This document shows positions 52,143 to 63,934 of a DNA stretch of 64,000 nucleotides, one piece after another. The stretch comes from Raja brachyura (Eukaryota): contig OY740795.1 in NCBI GenBank assembly GCA_963514005.1, positions 18,166,001 to 18,230,000 of the forward strand, given 5' to 3'. The notes beneath the pieces are model-generated. The model was not told where the DNA came from, ran no database searches, and saw only the letters and a list, made by a program, of their open reading frames with translations. The number at the start of each line of letters is the position of its first letter. Positions within the stretch are counted from its first letter, which is position 1. Position numbers and translations under genes: made by a program.

Positions 52143-52603
52143 TTTCCCTTTATTAGAAGCAATGTACATTACACTGATATAAGCAAAAATAACATAATAC
52201 ATTTCCTGTATCACTTCTTATTTTATACTTTAAGAAGAAGAAGAATAGAGAGAGTTAGATAGGATAGTAAGTGCGTGAAAGAATGATCAGGAAGAACCCG
52301 TAGAGGCGTAAGACACAAGAAAGACTAAAAAAGAAAAACAAAGGAAAAGAAAGAGGAAAAAAAAAAAAAAAAATAGAAGACAGAAAATATGAGAAAGTAA
52401 AATAAGATAAGATAAAAGGGATGTACCTACTTCGTATCTTTACACACCCCTCACCAGGTCCTGATACCATTTATTTTCAGAGTTGTGTTGCACCCTATGC
52501 TTGTAATAAGTCGATAAATGGAGACCAAATCTTTTGGAAATGGTCTGATTTGCCTGCTGGGAGGAATCTCGTATCTTCTAGGTGTAACATTTCGGACATA
52601 TTT
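52143..52603 (-). mobile_element. 5'-truncated L1-clade LINE with 15-bp TSD
   Basis: TSD TAGTATGAGCTTTTT at 52128-52142 and 52604-52618; target TTTTT/AA; AATAAA and A-tail on minus; ORF2-like end EMLHLEDTRFLPAGKSDHFQKIWSPFIDLLQA*. Confidence 0.8.
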
Positions 52604-53340
52604 TAGTATGAGCTTTTTAACCAGGAATTATTTCATTATTTGAATTTCACTTCCCAAGTTGTTTTGATGGGAAACACACTTCCATCGAGAAATTAAAATC
52701 AAAAGACAAGATGCTGGAAATCTGAAAAAGAAAATAGAAGGTGCTGGAAAGGCTGCATGTGTGGAGCAGAACATAGAACAGTGCAGTACAAGAACAGGCC
52801 TTTCGGCCCACAATGTCTGTGCCGATCATGATGCCAAACCCAACACTTATCTACATGCACATAACCCATATCCCTCCATCCCATCTCATTTAGTTTTAGT
52901 TTAGAAATACAGTGTGGAAGCAGGCAGGCCCTGCTTTGGCCCACCGAGACTGCGCTGACCAGCAATTACCCGTACACTAGTTCTATCCTACACACTAGGG
53001 ACCATGCCTTTGGGATGTGGAAGGAAATGGGAGAACCCGGAGAAACTCCCAAGTGGTCACGGAGAACGTACAAACCATAGTTGGAATCGAACCCGGGTGA
53101 CTGGTGCTGCATGGCACTCTACAGCTATGCCACTGTGCCGCACTATACCTATTATCTACTTGCACGTAGCCCATGCCCCACCTTTCTCTGCATGACCATG
53201 TGCCTTTACAAAAGTCTTCTAAATGTCATGAATGAGAATCAATGAACAAAAAAAACAGAACGAGTCGATGTTTCAGATGTGGAATTCCTCAGCAGAAGTT
53301 CTATGGGCCTGAAATGTTCAGCCCTTCCTGTCTCCACAGT

Positions 53341-53368
53341 CTGAAGAAGGGTCTCGACCCGAAACGTC
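53341..53368 (+). ncRNA. Minimal type I hammerhead-ribozyme-like motif
   Basis: CUGAAGA + extra A + stem II GGGU(CUCG)ACCC + GAAA + palindromic ACGU + C; helix I support is weak (2 bp). Confidence 0.55.
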
Positions 53369-53931
53369 GCCTATCTCCTTCGCTCCTTAGATGCTGCTGC
53401 ACCCGCTGAGTTTCTCCAGCTTTTTGTGTAACCCTCGATTCTCCAGCATCTGCAGTTCCTTCTTTAACACTTTGTCTACTCCACTGCGATATCTCCTCAA
53501 GGTATGCCTACTTTGAAGAAGTTCTCCTCCTCCCTACGAAGACAGTTTCACAACCTCCTCTCTAACTCCTCCTCCCTCTGTGATACCCCCTTCCCTCCAA
53601 CTCTACGACCACATCCTCACCCAGACTCGATACCACAGCCACATCTGCTTCCTCGGGGCCTGCCTGCGCCTCCACCTCATACCTCATGGATTCCAGCTCC
53701 AATTCCCTGCCTCCCAGTTCGGACCCCAGCCAGACTATCGGTACCGACTGGCCATCCGCCGCCACACTGTACAATTCTCCAACCGGGCATTAAGATCCAC
53801 CCTGGTTGCAATGCGCCGGCACCAGCAGGACCTCGCATTGGCTCTCCCGAATCTTCGGGCCTCACTCACCCAGACCTGCAACGGACCCCAACTACACTAC
53901 ATCCTCCAGAAGATCCACCGCAAAAAGCAGT

Positions 53932-53959
53932 CTGAAGAAGGGCCTCGACCCGAAACGTC
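53932..53959 (+). ncRNA. Second minimal hammerhead-like motif
   Basis: CUGAAGAAGGGCCUCGACCCGAAACGUC; one substitution in stem II relative to the first. Confidence 0.5.
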
Positions 53960-54183
53960 GCCTATCTCCTTCGCTCCTTAGATGCTGCTGCACCCGCTGA
54001 GTTTCTCCAGCTTTTTGTGTAACCCTGTCTCCACAGATGCTGCCTGACCGGATAAGAATTTCTGACATTGTATGTTTTATCTTGCGTTTCCAACTTCTGC
54101 ATGTTTGTTATGATTTGAAAGTCTGCCCCTCTCAGGGTTTTGTGCATTTCAGAGTCATCATCGCTCCCGTTCACTCTCCGCAG

Positions 54184-54357
54184 GAAGCCTGTGAGATCCC
54201 CGGGATCGGCAAGAGGCTGGCCGAGAAGATTTGGGAGATCCTGCAAACTGGCCATCTGCGCAAGTTAGATCACCTGGGCGACAGTGTCTCTGCGCTGGGG
54301 ACCTTTGCCAACATCTGGGGAGCTGGTGTGAAGACAGCCCAGATGTGGTACCAGCAG
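54184..54357 (+). CDS. POLL: POLL coding exon 4
   Basis: ccgcag|...CAG|gtgagg; [30 protein letters not shown]...[18 protein letters not shown]. Confidence 0.96.
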
Positions 54358-54965
54358 GTGAGGAGCTCATGGTGTGCAGAGTCCTGAGTGCCGTCAGTAC
54401 GTTCAACCTGGTAGGGTGGCACAGTAGTCGAGTTGCTGCCTCACGGCGCCAGAGACCCGGGTTTGATCCTGTCTACGGGTGCTGTTTGTATGGTCACCCC
54501 ATGACCTGCGTGGGTTTTCACGGGTGCTCCAGTTTCCTCCCAAATGCCAAACAACCCCCAATGTGGTGCAAAGACAAAGATAATGCCCCAAGTCCCTAGC
54601 ACAATCAAGAAAGTTTGTTGTTCAGAGTATAGTTGGAGTTCGTAGAGTTCAATAGCCTGATGGTTGTTGGGAAGAAGCTGCTTCTGAGGGATATGGACCA
54701 ACACAGGAAAATGGGACTAGCTCCATTAGACAACGTGGTCAGCATGAACGAGTTGGGCTGAAGGGCCTGCTTGAATATAATGTGACTATGATTCTATAAA
54801 TGCTGATGTATTGGTTAGAAACTGTAACCTATTAAGGTTTCCACAGCTCATCCAGGCTTGTAAATACCGAACTTTTTCTGGAAATTAAGATCCCTTCTGC
54901 ATTGCCACTTCCTTTCCCTTGCACTGTTCACTGAAAAGCTTCAGTGCCTTTGCTGTGTTTTGCAG

Positions 54966-55094
54966 GGATTCAGAACGTTGGAGGACATTAAGACGAAAGC
55001 CAGTCTCACCAGACAGCAGGCGATAGGTCTCAAACACTACCATGACTTCCTGGATCGCATGCCCAGGGAAGAGGCAGCTGAGATTGAGAAAACT
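54966..55094 (+). CDS. POLL: POLL coding exon 5
   Basis: tttgcag|...ACT|gtaagt; [43 protein letters not shown]. Confidence 0.96.
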
Positions 55095-55504
55095 GTAAGT
55101 GCTTCTGTATGATTGTGGGTGTGGAACCATCGCTACTCCGGTTTACTCCCACACCCCAAAGGCTTGCGGATTTGTAGTTTAATTGGCCCTCAGCAAATTG
55201 ATCCTAGTGTGTGGGGACTGGATGTGAAAGTGGGATGACATAGAACTAGTGTGAACGGGTGATCGATAGTCGGCATGGACTCAGTGGGCCGAACAGCCTG
55301 TTTCCATGTTGTATCTATAAATCAATCCAACAATCAAAAATGTGTGTAGGAAGGAACTGCAGATGCTGGTTTAAACCGAAGATAAACACAAAAAGCTGGT
55401 GTAACTCAGCGGGGACAGGCAGTATCTTGGAGAGAAGTAATGGGTGACATTTCGATCGAGACCCTTCTTCAGTTTTTAGGTTGCAGTTTGTCCGGCGGGT
55501 CCAC

Positions 55505-56680
55505 CTATATTCGATTCCTCTTGTTATAAAGGCCAACATGCCATTCGCTTTGTTCACTGCCTGCTGTACCTGCATGCTTACTTTCATAGACTGATGTACA
55601 AGAACCCACAGATCCCGTTGTACTTCCCCTTTCCCCAACCTGACGCCATTTAGATAGTAATCTGCCTTCCTGTTTTTGCTACAAACGTGGATAACCTCAC
55701 ATTTATCTGCATTAAACTTCATCTGCCATGTATCTGCCCACTCCCCCAACCTGTCCAAGTCCCCTGCATTCTCATAGCATCCTCCTCACAGTTCACACTG
55801 TCACCCAGCTTTGTGTCATCTTTGCTAATGTTACTTTGAATCCAAATCATTGATGTATATTGTAAATAGCTGTGGTCCCAGCACAGAGCCTTGCGGTACC
55901 CCACTAGTCACTGCCTCCTTTCTGAAAGGGACCCGTTAATCCCTACTCCTTGTTTCCTATCTGCCAACCACTTCTCTATCCTTGCCAGCACTCTACCCCC
56001 AATACCATGTGCCCTAATTGTGCCCACTAATCTCCTATGTGGGACCTTATCAAATGCTTTCTGAAAGTCCAGGTACACTACATCCACTGGCTCTCCTTTG
56101 TCCATTTTCGTAGTTACATCCATGCTGACTCGGAACAATCCTGTTACTGTTATCCAAATGTGCGGCTATCTCATCTTTTATAATTGACTCCAGTATCTTC
56201 CCCACCACCGATGTCAAGCTAACTGGTCTATAATTCCCCGTTTTCTCTCTCCTGCCTTTTTTTAAAAGTGGAATAACATTAGCTACCCTCCAATCCACAG
56301 GAACTGATCCCGAGTCTATAGAACATTGGAAAATTATTACCAATGCATCCACAATTTCTAGAGTCACTTCCTTAAGTACCCTGGGATGCAGACCATCAGG
56401 TCCTGGGGATTTATCAGCCTTCAGTCCCATCAGTCTATCCAACACCATTTCCTGCCTAATGTGGATTTCCTTCAGTTCCTCTGTCACCCCAGATCCTCTG
56501 GCCACTACTATATCAGGAAGATTGTTTGTGTCCTCCTTAGTGAAGACAGATCCAAAGTACCTGTTCAACTCATCTGCCATTTCCTTGTTCCCCATAATAA
56601 ATTCACCTTTTTCAGTCTTCAAGGGTCCAACTTTGGCCTTAACTATTTGTTTCCTCTTCACATACCTAAAGAAGCTTTTC
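55505..56680 (-). mobile_element. CR1 LINE RT fragment, antisense to POLL
   Basis: KSPGPDGLHPRVLKE...NYRPVSLTSVVGK...DFQKAFDKVPH; frameshifted. Confidence 0.9.
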
Positions 56681-56911
56681 AGGGATTTGCAGAAGATTCA
56701 GGGACACTTTCTTATCAGTCAACAGACCAGTCTTCTCACCAGCTAGAGTGTGGTCCTGACCTCCTGCCTGCCCCATTGGAGACCATTGAACTATCTTTAT
56801 TGGACTTCATCTTGCACTAAACGTTATTATCTTTATCTTGTATTTGTACACAGTGGACTGCTTGAGTGTAATCATTTATAGCTGCATGACTCTGTGCCCT
56901 GGGCATTCCAG

Positions 56912-57080
56912 GTTTGTGACATGGCGCATTCCATCAACCCGGGCCTGATTGGCCTCGCCTGCGGTTCGTTCCGACGGGGAAAGCCCACCTGCGGGGACGT
57001 GGACATCCTCATCACCCACCCCGATGGACATTCGCACCGAGGCGTCTTCAACAAACTCCTCGACGGTCTGCGCAGCGATG
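56912..57080 (+). CDS. POLL: POLL coding exon 6 (palm, catalytic DxD)
   Basis: ttccag|...G|gtgagc; [24 protein letters not shown]. Confidence 0.96.
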
Positions 57081-57887
57081 GTGAGCATGGGCTGGTGCGG
57101 CAACTCGTGCCCCCAGCAAGGTTTAGGTTCAGAGGCATCCCGGGTTTGGAGGCAGGATATCTCCAGCGGAAAACCAAATTCTGGAGTTATTGAGAGTATT
57201 GCGTGCTGTTCTGGTCATCCTAATGCTGGGAGATGTGGAGGCTTTGGCGAGGGTGCACCGGAAGTTGACCAGAATTATGGATTGGAGGGTTTCTGCTCAA
57301 AAGAAGATGGGTGAACTTAGATTGTTTTCTCTGGAGCGTTGGAGGGTGACGTGATAGAAGTATATAAAATGAAGAGAGGCATAGATAATCAGAACCTCTT
57401 TCCCAGGGTGGAAATGTGGCTTTAAGGTGAGGAGGAGAAAGTTTAACGGAGATGTGCGGTTCAAGTTTTTACAAGTAGGTGCTGGACTGCATTGTGTGGA
57501 GCGATAGCGGCGTTTAGATGGGCACGTGGAAGTGCAAGGAGTTAAGGTATATGGATCATGTACAGGCAAATTATGTCAGTTTAACTTGTCATCATGTTTA
57601 ATACGGCCATTATGGGCCAGGTCTTGTGCTGTAGCGTTCTAAATCAGGTCCGCATTAACAGAGATAACCAAAAACAAACAAAAATGCCAGAAACATTCGT
57701 TAGGTCAGGCAGCGACAGTAGAGATACACCAGGTTGAGGATGCTTCCCACAGATGCTGCCTGACCTGCTGAAGGCTTGTAGAATGTTGTGTTTTTATTTC
57801 AGAATACTCGTTTGACATGCTTCACTCCGTGAATGTGGGCCTGCTTGTTTTGCACGGTTTATTGACCGCTGAATTTTCTGCTGCTAG

Positions 57888-58246
57888 GGTTTATCACGGA
57901 TGACCTGGTCAGTCAGGAGAACAGGAACCAAGTCAAGTACCTGGGCGTCTGCCGGCTCCCGGGAGCCGGGCGTCGCTACCGGCGGCTGGACATCATCGTG
58001 GTGCCGTACGCGGAGTTCGCCTGCGCCTTGCTCTACTTCACCGGGTCGGCTCACTTTAACCGTTCCATGCGTGCCCTGGCCAAGACTAGGGACATGAGCC
58101 TGTCGGAGCACTCGCTCAGCTGCCAGGTCCTCAGGAAAGGCGGCACCAAAGTCGCTGCCGGCATCCCCGTCCCCACCCCCAGTGAGGAGGCAGTCTTCGA
58201 GAAGCTGGGGCTGGTGTACAGAGAGCCGCGGGAGAGGGACTGGTGA
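57888..58246 (+). CDS. POLL: POLL coding exon 7 (terminal)
   Basis: ctgctag|GG; FITDDLVSQ...[10 protein letters not shown]...[34 protein letters not shown]...REPRERDW*. Confidence 0.96.
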
Positions 58247-59520
58247 ATCTCTGCAATTCATTGCCACAGATAGCTGGTGAAGGCCAAATCTGTGTCGAGT
58301 GGCCTACTTCTGCTCCTATGACTTGTGAACATTGGACCTCTTCCTTTGGGCCTGATAGTGGTGAATCTGGAATTTGTTGCTACAGACGGTGGTGGAGGCT
58401 AAGTCAACGGGTGTTTTTAAAGCAGAGATTGATAGGTTCTTGATTAGTAAGGGTGTCAAAGGTTACAGGGAATGGAGTTGAGTTGAGTGGAGTGGAAAAG
58501 ATAGATTAGCCATGATTGAATGGTGGAGCAGACTCGATGGGCAAAATGGCCTAAATTCTGCTCCTATATCTTGTGAATCCTTGCATTGGCACAGGCACTA
58601 GGGTATGATCAAAGATCCTGAACCCCCTTCCTATTCACTGGTACCGTGCCCAGGGAGAGGTTCACAAAGTGGTGGGTGTTGTGCTAGCAAGGAATGGACA
58701 AGTTGGGCCTGTTTCCACCATATCACTCTATGAGCTTTCTCTCTGGGGATGAATGGGGAAAAAGTACGATGGAGGCACAAGGAACTGCGGGTGCTGTAAT
58801 CACAATCAAAACACAAAGTGCGGGAGGAACTCAGCGGGTCAGGCAGCATCTGTGGAGGGAATGGACAGGTGACATTTCGGGTTGGGAACTGCTTTAGACT
58901 CGTCTAATATTAACTTGGGAGTATTGTGTTCCGTTTTGGTCACCCTGCTAAAGGAAATATGCCATTAAGCTGGAAGGAGTGCAGAGAAGATTTGAGGATA
59001 TTCCCAGGACTCAAGGACCTGAGCTATAGGGAGAGCTTGAGTAAGCTAGGACTCTATTCGTTGGAGTGCAGGAGGCTGAGGGGTGATCTTATAGTTGTAT
59101 AAAATCATGAGATGAAGAGGGTGAATGCACAGAGCTGTTACCCAAGGTAGTTGAATAAAGAATTAGAGGACATGGCTTGAAGGTGAGGGGAAAAGATTTA
59201 ATAGTAATCTGAGGGGCAACTTTTTCACACCAAGGGTGGCAGTTACATTGAACAAGCTGCCAGAGGAGGTAGTTAACGCAGGTATTATAACATTTAAATT
59301 ACGCTTGGACAGGAACATGGTTTGAAAGGATCAGAGAGGTATAATGGGCCCCAATGGGACGAGTTAAGATGGGGCATCTTGGTCAGCATGGATGAGATGG
59401 CTCGAAGGGCCTGTTTCTATGCTGTATGATTCTGGTTCACCAACATCTGGATTAATTGATCTCATTTTAATGAAGTTATCCAATCCTACTGTGTTGTCTC
59501 TGTAAAAGCTTTTACATTTT

Positions 59521-59526
59521 AATAAA
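59521..59526 (+). terminator. Possible POLL polyadenylation signal AATAAA
   Basis: AATAAA in unique AT-rich sequence after a TE-rich 3' UTR; an earlier one at 59154 lies inside a LINE fragment. Confidence 0.45.
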
Positions 59527-62500
59527 TTACATTAATGTTCGTCATGTTCCCCAAACAGCTGCATTAAGATCAGATTGTTGGCGCGAGTCAGGTCCCAGAT
59601 ATCAAACTGGTGTTCTGTCTCCACCTTATGGACAGAACCTAAACTTGCCACGGCAACACAAGGAACTGCAGATGCTGGCACTTTGAGCAAAACCCTTCGT
59701 GCTAGAGGACCTCAGGTCAGGCAGCATCTGTGGAGTGGACAGATGCAGTTTCAGGTCTGGACCCTTCGCCAGCAATGGCACATTTTTTTTGAGTTCTGTT
59801 GACTAATTGTTTAGATGTACATCGTGGAAACGTCGTGGAAGGCCCTTTGGCCCAGCTGATGAACACTAAATACTAGGGACAATTCACAGAAGCCAATTTA
59901 CCTACCAACCTGCACGTCTTTGGGATATGGGTGAGAATGGCCTGTGGCCACAGGGAAAAAATTGAAATAATAAATGCTGAAAAACACAGCAGTCTGGCAG
60001 CATCCGTGGAAAGAAACCAAATTGGTTAGACAAGAAATTGCAGATGCTGGAATCTTGAGCAAAAAAAAGTGTTGGAGAAACTCAGCGGGTTAAGCAGCAT
60101 CTGTGGAGGGAATGGGCAGGCGATGTTTTGCATGAGGACATTTAGTTGGGGAGTTAGAGAGAACGTGGGGACATGGCTACCGCGACTGGACGCTGGGACT
60201 TCTTTCCCCTGGAGAGCGGCTGAGGAGCACCATGATAGTTACAATCTTTTCCCCAGGGTTGGCGAGTTGAAAGCTAGCATGGGACCCATGAACAGCAACA
60301 CACCCAGTCCAATCACTACACAATTCTCCCTGTTTGTGGGTTCATCCATTCCAGGTTCTCCAGCTGTTGGTTATAGGGCAGCACAGTGGTAGAGCTGCTG
60401 CCTCACAGCACCAGAGACCCAGGTTCAATCCGGACTGTGTGTCCCCTGTGACCCTTGGGTTTGCTCCAGGCGCTCTAGTTTCCTTCCACATTACAAAGAT
60501 GTGCAGGTTTGTAGGTTAATTGGCCCTCTAAATTGCCTCTAGTGTGTATACACTTTATCTCTAAATTAGACTTGCAGGCAAAGTCACACAGATTTGTGAG
60601 GAAATGCTAGGTGCATTTTCAGTTTCACCAGAGCAGAGGACAACTGATGAACATCGCTGGAAGTTTAATACAGGTGCACTCCTTTGGCATGCAGCCACAG
60701 ACTTCATACAAACAACATTGCCTGGTGTAGTGACCACAATCTCAGACCAGTCCCACTTCCCTTGGTTGGCACCATCTGTGTAAATGCAAGAAAGGATGAA
60801 GCAGTAACACCCGAGAGGCTGTGTATGAGGAAGCCCCTAAACAGGGGTTTAGTTTAATTTAGAGATACAGCACGGAAACAGGCCCTTCGGCCCACCGAGT
60901 CCGTGGTTAATTGGCTTCTGTAAATTGTCGCTGATGTGTAGGATAGAACTGTTGTCCAGATGATTGTGGGCAAGTTGGGCCAAAAGGGTAGTTTGCACAC
61001 TTTATGACTTGAGGGCTGAAATTTGAGTGCAAGATGCTCAAAGAGGAGACCAAGTGATCCAAGACATTGCTGGAAACACCGGTGAATTTGTTTAATGTAA
61101 TTGGATATGGACATTTAACTCCCATATACAGATTGTGCATGAAGACTTTTATATATCCATCTTAGGTCAGCCCAAAACACAATGTTACCCTGCTGTGTAG
61201 GCTTGAGTTTTCGGGACAGCTTGGACAGACTGGAACTTTTTTCTTTGCAAGCAGGTACAACAGCAAATATACTAGGGACAGGTACATGGATAGACAAGGT
61301 TTAGAGGAACTTGGGTACCAGACTTTAACACTGTCCAGTTCTCTCGGGCCTTTTTCCAATTATATTTCTCTGCTCTGTATCTAACAGGCAACAAGTCAAC
61401 AATCATTGATGTCTTTGAACATAATGCCGCAAATGTGCAGCCAATAAGTTAGGAACCCAGTCAGGACACACAGAGCTAGTGAGGGTGGTGGGTTTAATCA
61501 TTTTGACCATTCCTGGAGCTGGCTCTAAGCACGGCCAGAGAAGAACTACTTGCCCACATCTCAAGCCTCAAAGTGAACGGCAATACTCTTCGATTAAGGA
61601 TAATGGCCACTTTTTGTTTTAAATGAACTTGACATTTGACTTTAATTGTACACGCACCTTCCAATCTACAATAGTTTACACTGAACTTCAATAATGTATA
61701 GTTTGTAATAAGTGCTCTTTGCTTCCTGGGTTGCTGGAAGTTCACAGTGATTGCCGTCTCGACCCAGCCTCACGGCCTTTTCTGCCGGGCTCCCCTCAAA
61801 TCGACAGCCAGCTGCGGCAGATGTCAGGGGACGTCCGCTCTCCAAGGCCAGCCGTTTGCACCACTGGCGGCAAAACCAAGCTGCAACTGACAGGAGGTCT
61901 GTCCGCGGTATCCCGCGCACACCTGAGAGAACGCTGGCACACTGCTGATGAGCAACCTGGAATAGATTCCTTCAGTAAGTGCAGGGAACCCCTCCCCCTC
62001 AGTGCATGACTGCTTCACGGGGCCGGCGTACAAACAAGCTCTCCCACCACACTCAACGGTTTCACGTACATTTAATTAAGTTCTGATCCACCCAAATTAT
62101 GAACCCATCTTTCTTTACAAACGTTGACAGGCCCAGTATGCAGTCCAGTACTGCTGTGCTCATTTCCAATGTCAACATTTCATTCCTTTCTCCAGAGAGC
62201 AATTCCACTAACCATTCAGATCGAGATTCACTACTTATAAAGTGCCTTCAAAGAGAGGTATCAAAAGGTCATTAGTTTTCACAGATGCATACATGCTGCA
62301 GAATGCAAACTCTTAAAAATCACCGACTGAAGCCCTAAAATCTCACTTAGTGAAAATGAACTGGGCTCCAGGGATGAAGAACTCCAATTACTCCTGTGGG
62401 TGGTCAGTTGTAAACACAGCCACCTTGTGATGGCAAAATGGCTGGTTTAACAGCATGCTCACACCAGGACTGCAATCAGGTAGTGGATAGTCTAAACCAC

Positions 62501-63934
62501 TCTCTTTTTGAATGGCGTGGGCAGTGGACCGAGTAGTTCCCTACTCAGAGGCCATGTTCCCAGATTCCAAACGAGAAACTTCAGACTCCCCGATATTTGG
62601 AGGGAAGACTGGGATGAAATGTCAGAAGGGGAAGGAGATCAAATAACTGTTATTGCATCATTGGAAGCTCACCCACTTCACAACGTTCCATGTCGAGTTC
62701 ACCTTGTGTATTGCAAATTAAAAAGATAAAATATAAAACATTATTAAACACAGGTTATTCAGCTTAAGGCTAAATTTAGATACATTTAATTATACACATC
62801 CTTTAATTACACTACGTTGAAGAGGCTGCACGTTACAAATTCCTTCCCAGCACCAGCATCTCCTTGGGGAATCCCTCCATCTTGGCCAGCTCCAGGAAGC
62901 CCAGTTTGCTGTAAAACTCCAACCCTCGCCTGTCGCTGGGTTTCACTTCACAGAAAGCTCCTCGAGACCCTGGAAACGAAACAGTCCTTTAGCTCTTGGG
63001 ACAGACGGTGCATTCTGAGCGATAGTGGAAACTGGCGGTACCAATATACAGGGGTGTGACAAAGTAGTTTGTCATAGTCATACAGCATGGAAATAGGTCC
63101 TTCAGCCCAACATACCCACACCGACCAACATGTCCCATCTACACTAGTCCCACCTCCCTGCGTTTGGCCTATATCCCTCTAAATCCGTTCTATCCATGTA
63201 CCTGTCTAAATGTTTCTTGAAGGTTGCGATAGTATCTGCTTTAACTACCTGCTCCGGCAGCTCGTTCCATACATCCACCACCCTTTGTGAAAAAGTTACC
63301 CCTCAGTACTCAAGGTAGAGAAATCCAAAAATTGAGGGCAGTGGTTTAAGATGAGGGGGGAAGGACTTAATAGGAACCCGAGGGGCAACGATTTCACTCA
63401 GAGGCTAGTGGATATATGGAATGAGCTACCAGAGGAGGTAGTCGATGTAGGTACTATAACATTTACAAGACATTTTGATGGATACATGGATAGGAAAGGT
63501 TTAGAGGGGTATGGGCCAAACCCAGGCAAATGGGACAAGCTTGGATGGGCACTGGTCAGCATGGACGAACTGGGCAGAAGGGTGTTTCCGTGCAGTACGA
63601 TGCTAAGACTGGTCTAGGAAGGTAGAACAAATGCCACTGAAGGTTTACTCTGTGTGAACAATGCACTTCCTACTCACAGATGGAGGTAAAACACTTGGAA
63701 GAAAAGAGAGGTCCTTACCGTCAGCTTTTAAGGAAGAAAGCAAACAGCCCATCATACTCTTAGCGACACTGGGGTCTGTCACTTTCGTGTGCACGTCCAC
63801 TTTAATCAGCGAGGGAAAGGAAGCGAGGAAGTTTTCCGGCAAGCCTTGCTGCTCTTCGTGGAAACTCAACATCATTTTCTATGTGAGAGACACAGACCAG
63901 TGACGTTGAGGCACTTAGTAACAACACACAGGTA

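Larger units (their letters stand above)
53340..54023 (+). mobile_element. Non-autonomous Penelope-like insertion with tandem hammerhead-bearing direct repeats (retrozyme-like)
   Basis: 98-bp direct repeats at 53337-53434 and 53928-54025 (1 mismatch); 13-bp duplication CCTGTCTCCACAG at 53327 and 54024; internal peptide YHSHICFLGACLRLHLIPHGF resembles the Penelope ORF N-terminus. Confidence 0.8.
46774..58246 (+). other. POLL: POLL, DNA polymerase lambda (family X), complete CDS join(46774..46885,47512..48011,48510..48818,54184..54357,54966..55094,56912..57080,57888..58246), 1752 nt = 583 aa + stop
   Basis: BRCT domain, Ser/Pro-rich linker, 8-kDa lyase with Hh[23 protein letters not shown] catalytic motif, RLDI, YFTGS, C-terminal ERDW*. 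Confidence 0.97.

Noticed and set aside
53369-53959. Endless ORF on the putative 591-nt circle (length divisible by 3)
   Set aside because: The two long frames end at stops inside the repeat (TGA 53933; TAG 53979, equivalent to 53388 on the circle)
63645-63903. BTRC terminal coding exon
   Set aside because: ORFs on either strand show no WD40 or BTRC C-terminal similarity
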